64,000 nt of DNA, taken from Tubulanus polymorphus (lineage: Eukaryota; Animalia; Nemertea). Each line of letters begins with the position of its first letter. Position 1 is the first letter of the stretch. Shown here in pieces: positions 51,983 through 64,000 of this stretch. Location: positions 4,774,001-4,838,000 of the forward strand of contig NC_134031.1 in assembly GCF_964204645.1 (NCBI RefSeq). The letters run 5' to 3'. The notes below the pieces were generated by a model. The model saw only the letters and a program-made list of their open reading frames with translations, did not search any database and had not been told where the DNA came from. The position numbers were made by a program, and so were the translations under genes.

Positions 51983-54529
51983 AATCTTTTTGATATTTTT
52001 TCGAGATTATGAATTGTCATTTCTCTTCTCTCTTTTGAGGGACCTGTTTAAAACTATTTCTTAGTTTCTACAGACCCCTCCAAGTCTAATTTACTGTATT
52101 TTGTATCAAACTTTTGTACATTGCTGTAAATTATATTATTTGAAAATAAAGCGTAATTCATTCTTTCAGTCATTCAATGAAATAATTGCACAGGGGCGGA
52201 TCCAAGGGGACTTGGCGGCCCGGTCCCCATCTTTTTTTAAAGATAATATTTTCCACAACCTGGCATAAGAAAATTCACACATAGCGGCAATTTTTTTTTT
52301 ACTTCAAATTCTGTTCGTTTTGTTTTTGATATTTTTGTGCGTTCATTCGTTAAACATTATGGTTTAAAATCGAAATGATTTTTTCTCTGAGGTTAGAATT
52401 AATTACAATTAGATTTTAATTAATGGAAATCCCAACTATCTGTTGTCATGGGGACATTTCCAACCTTTTACCGAATTCACCGTACTTTCTCGCGCGCGAT
52501 ATTAAATATTTACTGAGTCCAGGAAAAATCCAATAGATGGAGATTATGGTTTTTACATTGTTGAGTGAAGCTTTTATAGCGCCGAATAGAAATTTTGTTA
52601 GTTCACGTAAATTCTGATAGATGGCGATCTATGATTCTGGCGGTAGGTTTGAACCCTTTTGATAATTAATTAGTAGTCTCTATGCCAAATAGTTAGTTAC
52701 CTAATCGTTGGTGGTAAGCTTTTTATAATCGGATGGGCTTATATATGTGGTTTGTGAAAATACCCGATCGTGAAACTAAACCACAGACAGGTTACTGACT
52801 ATATGCCAAATAGATATTAAACGGGTGCGTCTTGCATTTTATTCCCCGATAGGGCCTCGCTCCTTCTTGATGTTCTTATTCAAAATCAAAATAAATCAGA
52901 CAAATCCAAAAATCCTTCTTAAATACTCGAAATGAATCTTTATTTTATCAACAGTCTAACCATATACATGTTTACAAAATATACAGAATAATAATAATAA
53001 TACATAAACAAACTACACACTCATGAAATTCTTATATTACGCACGATTTATCGTAATCTGCACAAACGTAATGCTTTTACATAGATTTTCCCTGTAAGAT
53101 AGTTACATGCAATGCACTCATTGACACGGCTATAACTATTATGACCAACCACCGAACAGATATTTTATGACGACTAAGTGCAACATAAAATGCGCTTTAT
53201 CACATTGATGCGATTTGATTTAAGTTGCTGTTGATGTAATGCTAGACTTGTGACTTATTTTCTTGGATGTCTTAAGGCAGTCAGGAACCAGTTCCAGTGA
53301 GCGATAACTATACATTTTCAGAGTAAAATCCACAAATGCCATACAGGGGTAAAACGTCCGAAACGTCAAGTTCTATATCATTGATGCAACGAATGTCAAT
53401 AAAAAAGATATATTTCAAACAATCATAAAAGAAGTTGAAAATGAACTAAAAACTAAGATCCTAAAACCTTACCATAAAAGCAGATCTTGGTTAAGCAATC
53501 TTTTGAAATGCAGTAAAAATGCTCGATAAGAAATTAATCCGTAAGATCTGTCTGTGAACTCGGGGTGTGATTGAGAAACAGGCTATACTCTTAATTGCTG
53601 TTTTGATCCAGCAGCAGTTTAACCAGCAGTGCAGCACTATTAGGAAGTACGCGCAAAAAACAAACGCTTCCAAAAAATTAACTCAACAGTAGCTATTGAA
53701 ACGGAAAAAATAACAATATCGCAGAAAGATAGGCAAAATATGAGAAAAAAGATTCGCTTGATTGGTGAGGTAATTACAAGATGTAATCAGTAAGTATTTG
53801 TTTAACAGCAGTCCCTGATTGACTTGAGACACTTAAAAGATGATTGCATTTAGAGCACTGATTTTTCGATATATCTGACTTTCAAAACAATCATGTCATG
53901 TACCCGCATTCGAAACCAAAAATTCTCATAACCTAAAATATGTAAAAGTATTTGATCAAAACACCTTAATGCCCAAATAAAATGATACCTTGATACCTCC
54001 AAATCAGCCAGGTCATTTTGTAAACTGCAAAAAAAATGTGTTATCGGTTCATTTCTATATAACTGTTATGGTTAGCTCGGTCATGATTTTAAAGACAGCA
54101 ATTTACAGGGTAGATAGGTGGCCGGCCGGGTCAACTTTTAAACTCAGCGGAAATGAGAAACAAGGTATCAATTCTTTTAGCCTTGAATGGAATTTTAGAC
54201 TGAAGCAAGTTCTTTAAAGTAACGAAGTAATAAAACATAAATAAATTTAAATGACTATTCAAGTATGGCAAGTTAGGTCAATTTTGATTATTAAAAGATC
54301 TCCGATTCACATGTTTGTCACTTTGAATCTATTCACACTCTGTCATTATTGTACTACCAATTGTCATGTATGATACACTTGAACGACTACAGCCCAAGAC
54401 TTGGACCTAAGAGCGCTTTAAGCCTATGCCCATTCTAAAATCTATCCAAATGCCTATCTTAAGAAGATTTAGATAATTTCTAGACTCAAACTAGGCTTAG
54501 ATTTGCAGCATCATAGATACAATCTATAT

Positions 54530-54706
54530 ACAGTCAACTCCGAATATACCACCCTCCCATATACCGCCACCCTCGTCTATTGCCAGGTTTTCTCAATGTA
54601 CATCTCTATACAAATACATAGTAAAACACCCCCGATATACCGCCATACTCTCTATACCACCAAAATCGTTCTGAACCGATGTGGGCGGTATATCAGGGGT
54701 TGACTG
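54530..54706. mobile_element. Tc1/mariner-type MITE
   Basis: TA|CAGTCAACTCCGAATATACCACCC...GGGCGGTATATCAGGGGTTGACTG|TA, with internal ATACCGCCA repeats. Confidence 0.75.
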
Positions 54707-55174
54707 TATTTCCGTACATAAGAAACATAGTTATATAATACTGCTCATTTACAAGAGTTTCATCACACTTTTGTCATATAAATATAACATCAAGCACAGT
54801 ATGTCCAACACAAAAATATATGTAACTTTGTAACCATGGCATTTCCTATATTTAACGGGGCTATTAAGTCGCCGCCATTTACCCTCAATCATATCTATTT
54901 CTTGTCGGAGTTAAAAAGAATAATTATACATAGAAATTCTACGGAAATCGTTACAAAACGTTTTTTCCAATGGCGTCCGCGCGTCTCCTATACATTTTAA
55001 AAGCTAGTCCACTGGCAAAAGTATCCGGCCCAGTATAGATTCTAAATAGAAAGATATCATAAATTATAGTCAATTGTCAGACTCGTGGAGTAATATAGCG
55101 TGTCTATATCTTCATTCAGATTGCATTGTTAATTGTTTTTAGTAATGACGGTTGTTTTCGCGTGTATGTGTGAA

Positions 55175-58027
55175 TCAACTACGAGGAATGTCCATAGTGA
55201 GAGCCTGCACGATCCACGGATCACACTTGGAACCCTCGCGAAATTCTTCCTTGGAAAGTTTATCATCTCGATTCTACAAAACAAACACATTCAAATATGA
55301 TTAATGAATGATAAATTTGTAGATTGTTTATGGTTTGTTTGTTGTTTACCAAAATCAAAAGCTTAGCCTAGTCTAGCTAAAACTAGCTTAGCCTAAACTA
55401 GCTTAGCCTGGTCGACCTTGGAACCGCACCCTAAGTTGCACAAATCAAAACTGGTCCATTTTGATTTATACCAGCTAATCTTTGATAAGCTTCAGGTCAT
55501 AATAATGATGAGTGCAACAAGCGAAATTTATAAAGGAAAACAGAAAAAAATGATGATTACACAATATTTTGATCAGTGGCAGTATATAATAAGTAGTATT
55601 TATAAGTTTAGTTTCTGAATTGTCTGAAAAGCTGAGCGAGGAACGCTCATACTTTTTCCAAAAAATAAGTATTGTTTGCCTGTAGTATACTGTTAAATTA
55701 AAAACCGGGTCCTGTACTAAACTAAAGGTTTAGTAGTAGCTACTGCGCAACTGAGACCAGATCTTGAAATAAGGTATAATATATACTCAAGATGCCATAT
55801 ATTTTGAGATAAATCACTGTGTGATGTAGACTTACCGTATCCATCTGAGCAAAAATCTTATTGACACGTTTTTCGGGAGTGTCCTCATCTTTTGGCAAGT
55901 CGAGCATATTTCCAACCATACTATAGATGGCGTCTACAATGTCGATCATTTCCGATTTAGTTATATATCCGTCATTGTCGATATCATACAAGTTGAAAGC
56001 CCCTGAAACGCATAAAGAAGTTGACACACAATAGACTTTCTCACTAAAGATAACTTATTAAAGGTACTGCAGAAGATCCAACTCAATGTGGATCATTTGG
56101 GACCAATGAAATCATCGCGGTTTATGTGAAATCCAGATAAGGCTAATAAAATTAATACCTTGTTTCTCATCTCTGTGAGCTTAAAAACGAACTGATTACA
56201 AATTCTATTGCAGTTTACGCAAAATGACCCAGCCGACTAGGAGAAACAAGGTATCATTTTCTTTAGCCTTAAACATCATATTTTACATATCCATATTACA
56301 TCAAAATCCGGTCATAACCACTGTTATCTAATAAAGAAGCATGACCATTCCATGCAAAATTAATGATTTTTATAAAAATCCTTGTTTGTACCAAGGCTAT
56401 TCATCAAGTATCACAAAAATTGGTAAATTTTGCCAACTTCACATGTATATGGCATATGTACGAGGGCGGTACTTACAATCTAATTTCTCATCTAACGTGC
56501 CTCGTGAAGTAACTGATAACGCCACTATGAACTCTTTAAACGATATATAACCATCCTGAAAAATAAACACGTTCAATAACCATTCAAGCGCAATGACGAC
56601 GATGATGATCACGTTCTAAACCGAATTCAGATGAAAATCGATGAAATCCTTTATTTTTTTTTTCAATAAACAGCAAGCTACGACGTATCGACCTACCCGG
56701 TTAGCGTCGAAAACATTGAACACAAAGTTAGCGAACGTAGTCGGATCACCGTGAGGGAAGAACTGTTGATAGATAGACTGAAACTCCTGAAAACAAACAA
56801 AAAAGAATTAGCAAAACAGTGAAGAGCATTTTTGGCCTGTGCCAAATTAGGACCGGAACAACTGTTCACTCGGGTGCCAAATGGGCCCGACCAAAAACAT
56901 CGGACCAGGCCTGAGCCAAATTTTACCACGGGTCAATTCATTGCCCTCGCTGGGCAATCTGGACAATTCCAGTCTGGGCCAAATCATCTCCACGTGATTG
57001 TGGCTCATGTGAGCACGGCTATAACGTTATGGCCATCTGGAACCAGTACTACAGTTGTGAGAGTCATGAATTTAATTTATTTTCAAGTATATAAACCCAT
57101 TCTTTCCGAGATACTTTCCGGGAATCTGACAGCTGCTCGAAATTGAAATGTAAATGGCTGGAAATTGATCTAGAGTTCACCGTGGTCATTTATAGCTCTC
57201 TCTCTCTCTCTAACCTTCATCAACACTCTACATTGTATTGATATAAAATCTCCCTGTTATACATATATATATATCCCTAACTGTCAAATGAAACGTGATA
57301 GATACAATTATATAATAGTTTGTAGCATTTCGAATCTTGTCTCCGTATTAGTGTTGTTGTGAGTGCCGTTAAACTCAGATATATATACTTTCAGATGTCA
57401 GAAAGATGTACTTCACTGATTGATGAATATTTTTATAGGTGTTTCGGCGCTGAAAATCCGGATTTCATCAGCCGTCCGTGGTAGGCATGATAATACTTAA
57501 CTATGAAATTAGGTCTAAGAATTGGAAATGTAATGAACAGGTTCAATATTTGGGTCTATTTGAACAGGGGCGGATCCAGAGGGGGTGCAGGGGGTGCACC
57601 CCCCTAAAATTTTAGGTGCTTTTGTGTCCTTTTTCAGGCCCCAACTTTTCATAATAGGTTTTTATGAATACACTATAGTGCCAATAAGCTGCCATATCGT
57701 AGGTCTTTAAGTCTATATTTTTTCGAAATTTTCTTGGGGAGTACCCCAAACCCCTGCAGGCTTCGCACCTTCGGTGCTCGTGTGGCGCCAGCTATGAAGT
57801 AGTCGCCCTTCTTTTTGCTGCACTGCCTCTTTGAAGAAATCCTAGATCATCCTTATTGATAGGGTCTCCACATAGTGGTGTGGCAAGTCTTCTGCGATAT
57901 GGGTAGAATCACAGTACAGCGTAAATACCAGATGAACATCCAAGCCAGCATTCTATGTTCTCACATGGTAATTTTTAGTCATACACTATTTCAAGAGACC
58001 TTCACACCATCATTGCATACATTATGA

Positions 58028-58065
<38 letters not shown>

Positions 58066-61000
58066 CTTACGTAAATAGAGTGCGGATTGGATTTCTTCAA
58101 GTCATGTTTAAAGCACATTTTAAAGCATATAATAGCGTATTGTTTACGTTTCGATGTTAATGGCTCGTCCGCCGTCTGCACATATAGAAAACCTGTCACC
58201 TAAAATTAGATCGAAATAACTCGACTCCCAGAAGTCACACGTAATTAGATTATCGACGAAAATTAAATTTCCGCTTATTCGAGGTGAGTAGAGACATGTT
58301 GTTCGTTCGGAATATTTCATACGAACGGTTCACGTCGAGTAGCGTTCAGACGCTTTACTCGTATTCGGAATAAGTTTCAGTTTATCTGCGTATTCTGACG
58401 GCTGCCGGCGCGGCGGTTGTGGAAACGATAACTCCTCGTCTGTATTCCCCGTGAAATTTATCGCTGATAACGCGTAAAATGCCATCGGCGTCGAATAAAA
58501 GGCCGGCAAATAATTCATTCACTTAATTTCCAGTTCTGGCAACTTATATAATTTTCAGCTTTCTTAATGAAGCCTCTTAATATCTGTTTTCGATTGTTAA
58601 ATGGGTTTATAAACTTTTTGTAAAAGTTTGTCTGCATAGATATATACCATGTACATCATATATCTATGTGGAAAAGCTCCTGAAGTACCTATCAAATATT
58701 AATTAGATGTTTGATGTTATATACTTGAATCATCTTCAGGTATACGCCATACGGTATTTGTATCTGTATTGCAGGGCTACCAACCTCTGAAAAGTGTAAA
58801 AAAGTGTACTTTTTTCAGTCACATTACTTCATTGAAATACGAAAGAACATGTTCAATTATTCAGTAATCAACAGTAAGACCCTCGGTAACATCTTTCATA
58901 TCTATTTATGCATCAAAAAAACCAAATCAGTATTTCTCATGATTGAATAGTTACAAAAACTGAAAATCAGAGATTGCGGCCACCTTTTCAGAGAATACGA
59001 ATCAAAAAGACTTTCTTTCTAAATTTCCATTGCAGTCGCACGCGACGAGACCCAGCACAAGACCCAGCGGGGACAAATATACAAACATATGATTTTCCAG
59101 TCAACGGATTACGAGATTATTTGCAAATTACAGGTTTAAATGGTAGACGGATTATCAATTAATCCCCTGCAAGTTGTCGGCCATAGAAAGCGAACTGCCG
59201 TTCTAATGGAATAATAAGCCATAATCACACGGGAGAACTGATTAATTATTTCCATTCTCGCAGCGTGTTTTCCCTTGAATAGCGGACGCACTCCGCGAGT
59301 GACCGCAGTACCTACCACACCCTGATTTAATTAAAGACCACTGAAACCTCGCCGGACCACTCGCCGTTTCATTCACAGCGCGGTCACTGCAGAGGTAGTT
59401 ACCAGTTTTTTCAAAACGCGATATCGGTTAAACGAAGGGACCGAAATCTAATTAGCGAATAAAACCCCGCCGAACGAAGCCCCATTAACCCTCGGCTCAC
59501 ATTTGGGAGCGACGAGGATACGAAATAATTTCGGGCGGCATTCGAGGCCTGAACGTCGAACCAAACCGAAGCCCTCGGAAACTTCGAAAATGCCTTTTCT
59601 ACCGATGAGACCGCGACAAGTGAATTCTATAACGGAACGATTGGCCAGTACGCCTACAGTGGCTAGCGTCGCCGCCCGGCACGACTTCGACGCGCAAAGC
59701 TGTCATATTCAGTTTTTGAAGCTACGCGACGGTCGAGTTCAACCGTTCAAAAACCAACTGCGAAATCCGACCGTTCAGTTCGTGTTCGCGCGAACGAAAT
59801 CAGCTCAATCGGCGCGCGGCGGCAGCATGGATACTACGCAGGCAGAAAACAGCGCGAAATCATCGACGGAAAGCTGGACGCCGGGACTCGCGCGGTATTA
59901 TCTCGGCTATCAAGCGGTCAACTCGGACGAACTGCGGTCGATCGTCGAGCGTTTAACGAAGCCGACCCTGGCAAGTCGCGGCGGTATCGACCTGCGCGAT
60001 AAACGTTACGAATACATTCCGAAACTGCGTCTGAAAACGTTGCCCGTCATCGATGGATTAGAATCGCGGTATCGCGGCGACCGAGCGCCCGCGACGCCGG
60101 AAGCGCTGGACGAGATCGTCAGACGTCTGACGCGACCGACGGCGGCGACGACCGCGCGCGATCGGTCCACGCCGAACCCAAACGATAAACCGACGAAACG
60201 CGTCATCTGATCGGATCGGACGCGACACACGAGACCGCAATGAATAGTAATCACGAAAATACGACTTTTCTCGCGGCGGAATTTCTCTGATTAATATTCA
60301 TCGAGATTTCGTCGCAGCGTTCGAATTTGAATTCGTTTGAATTTCAAATATATCGAAGTTGACGCAGCCGTCGTCAATATTGAGTTGATAAACAGCGACG
60401 AACACTCGATGGATGTGATCTGAGTAGGCGGAGGATTTCATCATCGCTCGCTCGACTTTGTGAACACTCGGACATAAATATCAATTTTTATTCTCGCGCG
60501 TAATCAATTCATATATTGCGCCGCAGTAAATCGATCTCAAGTCAATTTCATCCAGAAACAGCAGACGCCTCGTTAAAAAGATAAGTAAACCGCGTCGACT
60601 GACGACCGACCGGGTGCGAATAATGAATAAATGCAAAGTTTGGGAAGAGAAAAAAGCAAGACGGAACATGTCGGGTAAATACACGAGTGTCGCAGATGTC
60701 ATCAGCGAATTTATGTAAATCGGAATTTTTCCCCTTTCGACGAGGCACAGACTTTTCGACTGTCCTACGAACAAAACATCTACGACGAATCATTGACACT
60801 CGTCGTCAAAGGTTAATACCATAATCGTTATTAAACTGTTATTAAGTATTTATATTTCAACCGAAGTATGTTTATTCTGACGAAAAAAGTTGTGATTATA
60901 AGTAGATTTATGCATATAAATATGTCATATAAACCGTACACAATAACGGTATTTAGAGTCGTTAATGGTTATTCATTGAACGGGAATAAAGATCCGACCA

Positions 61001-63879
61001 GTAGACACCGACTGGTCAATAGCGTAAAGATTATAACCCGCGGCCAGTCGCGTAGCCACGACGTAAACGTTTTCGACCCGGGCCAAATTTTGCCCGTCCC
61101 GCACTAGGCCCGGGGCCAACCGTTCACAGAAGTGCCAAACGGGCCCTTGCCTATTCGACACGGGCAAAATATGGTCCGATGAAAAATACCGGACAAGGCC
61201 TGGGTCAAGTTTGCGTGAATACTAACTGGTTCTGGAAGTGATTCACCATTTCAGTATCAAGCGAGTGAGTCACGTGTGAAAGCGCTCTTCAATTAGGCAC
61301 AGGCCTCCGGTCTGGTCCAGACCGGTTTGACGCGGGCCAAATCATCTCGTTCTCTGGTTGCGATTGTGGCTTTACCATATTACCTTTTAGAGCCAATCTA
61401 ACTATTTTAAGACCGGTCTCACTTATACTTCAATTAGTCATGACTAATGCACGAAAGTGGCCATAACTACTGTTATATAATATCAATGTTATAATAAATT
61501 TTTTGTTTGTTGAATGACACCTAAATTGTTAGTCTTGAATGTTATCTATTATCGAGTCTATTATTTTCGCAGCCAAGATTTCAGCCAAGAAACTGCACTT
61601 CGAATACAACGAAAACTATTTAGGTATGAAGACACGAGACGTGCGCGATTACAATAATGAAGCTCATTTGAAAGAAAGCGGTTTCTATTTGCGCTGTCAG
61701 TCATACGTAGTACAAAAACTGATTTCTATTTGACGGCTGCGAAGACGTTTTCGTTCAATACAACCGAAAAATAGTTCATTCGAGAAAACTAGCTTGATTT
61801 ATGACGACACCGTTCGTACAAAGCCCTCCGTAAAAATCGGGGATAAAACAAATTCTCACATCGTCGCTTACGAACGCAACGCGTCGATTGAACACGAGCC
61901 CTGCAGATTTTAAAAAGCGATCTTTAACTGTGTGTCGATCATAAATTAATGGTTTCTCGGGGACGAGGGAGAGACCCCGACCGAAATTAGTCGCGTGACC
62001 TACACGGATAGGTGTGATAAAGACGTTATTGGTAACTCGGAAGGTGTCAGAGTCGTGACAAATAACATTCACTGAATATATATATTCTATATATACGACT
62101 TATTTTTCTAGAATATATAAACATTATACGACTTTCGGTTGCTAGTCATTCGAGTTGAATGCTGTAGATTTCGATCGTCGTACGGAAAGCTATAAACTTA
62201 CTGTAAGTAATCAATGATTTTCTGTAATGATTGTATAAATCAATTTTTACGTCATTTGCCGACGTTTTTCATTAATCTTTATCGGCAGCGTCATTTCTTC
62301 GGCGGTTGATCGCTTGAAATAGGGTTCGCACGGGTTTCCCAATTTCATTTTCTATATCTTTGCCATACCCAGATTATAGATTTTCAATACCCCTGAGTTA
62401 CGCATCGCCAACCTAGAACAGGCAATGTGTAGGCCCATTCAAAGTAAATAAGTGCCAATTATCAATACCATTGAGACAAGTGTTTTTATTAAGTTTGTTA
62501 TCAAATGTGTAGTGAGACATTTAGGCATGTAGCCTGAAATTCAAAATGCAAAGAAAATTTCAATTTGAGACCATATTCCGATTTTTCAATAACTTCTCCA
62601 TAGCCATAGAGAAAAAAAACAAAATTTCCATAGGTCTTCGACGACCTGGAAAAAAAATCCCATTTTCCAAAACGCCGTCAAAGAACGCCGTCAAAGAAAC
62701 GTTCATTCACAATGAGCGCTCGTTATTGGCAATGCTATTTTAATCGAATTTCATTTCAGCCGATTTCTATCGCTAGCCGCACGTCTAAATGCTTCAAAAT
62801 TGGCTTGTGGCCATTTCTTAATCTTGCGAAATAACGAACGCGCGGCTTGTCGTCGTTGTAAGAAAGCAGCTCAGAGATAAATTTCTCAAATATTTCTCGC
62901 AAGTAACGATGACTTACAGCAAGCCGCGCGGCGCGGCATAAATCATATAGTATTACAATAGAAAATGTAAGCTTTTCATTTGAAGACATCGAGTTTTGTA
63001 GCCAGGCTACGAGACATCGGGTGCCGTCTGCCGTCTTAGTCGTATTAGATACGGATCAATTTCAGCATGTCGAATAATACGCGAACATGTCCATCGCAAG
63101 CCGCCCATATAGTCACAGCGCGCACTATACAGCAGGCTATCTACAGAGCAGTCATTCCTGAATATAGGGAATTTCAGGGGAGAAATTTTCAAATTTCGAG
63201 GAAGCGTCTACATCACTGTCATATCCCAATTACTGTAGACTCTTTCTAAATCGGTACTGTTTTTCTCAGTAAACCATTAATTCAGTGGTTTATTTAGCAA
63301 ATATTTATCCGTTACACTACCTACTATTGGTAATTGCCAAATTGGGTAAAAACAAATCCTCGTCCTGATTTAGGTGGTCTACTGTACAACTACAAACTAG
63401 ACAAAAATTTCTAATAGCCTAATAGTCAAAAAGGCGTTTTGGGTACCTAGTTGGTTCAAATTAAAGGAGTTTCAAATGCCTTTAATTAAGCATTTTCCGT
63501 TTTTAAGGAATTTTTAAGGACGTAGGGATTCTGTATGGTATCAATTCGTACGACGACAGGTTTTTTTCGCACAAATATGATGACAAATTATGATGACAAA
63601 TGCATTATCGTTGAACAAACATCATTCCCAGCCGAAGGTTGAATTACTTCCTGATATTTACAACAAACTGTGTTTCGTCCTCTCTGAATACTGAACGATA
63701 TACCTGGTAATACTACTACGGGTAGTGCCTGTGATGATGCCAATAGATTCTAAATCGGAGAAAATGTTGTAAAGGTCAACGTTCTCCTCCGTTGAGAACG
63801 TCAGCCGGTTAGCGATAAAATCTTCCTTACCTCTTTCCTAAGGAAGCCACTGGGACAATCTTTCATGAAGTCTTTATGC
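55175..63879 (-). CDS. Neuronal calcium sensor (frequenin/NCS-1 family EF-hand protein), 5'-partial; the first exons lie beyond the window
   Basis: Frame-checked exons 63879-63831, 56786-56697, 56555-56477, 56002-55836, 55273-55175 give: (W)[16 protein letters not shown]|[30 protein letters not shown]|[26 protein letters not shown]|[15 protein letters not shown]...[15 protein letters not shown]|[25 protein letters not shown]. Confidence 0.95.
57566..57852. mobile_element. Dispersed repeat with CAGGGGCGGATCCA terminus (related copies ~37826-38015 and from ~52191)
   Basis: Shared AGGGG(C/T)GGATCCA start and degenerate inverted end (CTGGATTCGCGCCTG / CTAGATCATCC). Confidence 0.55.
58031..58062. 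repeat. (AT)n microsatellite
   Basis: About 16 perfect AT units. Confidence 0.95.
59590..60210 (+). CDS. Uncharacterised basic 206 aa protein with three I-x-[ER]-R-L-x(2,3)-P-T repeats, nested antisense in the NCS intron
   Basis: GC-rich single-exon ORF with strong NCG codon bias. ATG lies in an AAAATG context at 59590. Repeats: [43 protein letters not shown] at ~60625. Confidence 0.8.
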   Translation: MPFLPMRPRQVNSITERLASTPTVASVAARHDFDAQSCHIQFLKLRDGRVQPFKNQLRNPTVQFVFARTKSAQSARGGSMDTTQAENSAKSSTESWTPGLARYYLGYQAVNSDELRSIVERLTKPTLASRGGIDLRDKRYEYIPKLRLKTLPVIDGLESRYRGDRAPATPEALDEIVRRLTRPTAATTARDRSTPNPNDKPTKRVI

Positions 63880-64000
63880 CTACAGGAAAAATGAAAAGAA
63901 TTAAAATCTAACTTGAAACTATAACGTTAGGACCTGGGGGAAAAGAGCCACACTTTCCAGTAATGTTCCAAAAAAGTGAGCCAAAACCTAACGGGTATTG

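Overview
This is eukaryotic genomic DNA: AT-rich, with GT-AG introns and abundant CpG. The gene content suggests a compact-genome invertebrate animal (inference). Positions 1-~9293 are the end of a tandem array of ~1.79 kb units (5 full plus 1 partial). Each full unit holds a ~300 nt GC-rich, indel-free core that can base-pair extensively and that I cannot assign to any known ncRNA family. A gene-dense region follows, in order: a single-exon secreted or GPI-type LRR protein (-), a RING/B-box/B-box/coiled-coil TRIM (-), a double-CDGSH Fe-S protein (-) head-to-head with COX5B (+), SLC35E2-like (-) head-to-head with XPR1 (+), DHPS (-), tRNA-Asp(GTC) (+), and the 3' part of a neuronal calcium sensor gene (-) with a nested antisense ORF in its large intron. 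Introns hold many MITEs and a Penelope-like insertion with inverted termini and minimal hammerhead motifs. The two most notable observations are (i) an intronic alternative first exon that would produce an SPX-less XPR1 with an acidic N-terminus and (ii) the tandem array of an unrecognised structured-RNA-like core. Exon boundaries were read by hand and checked for frame; none is transcript-verified.
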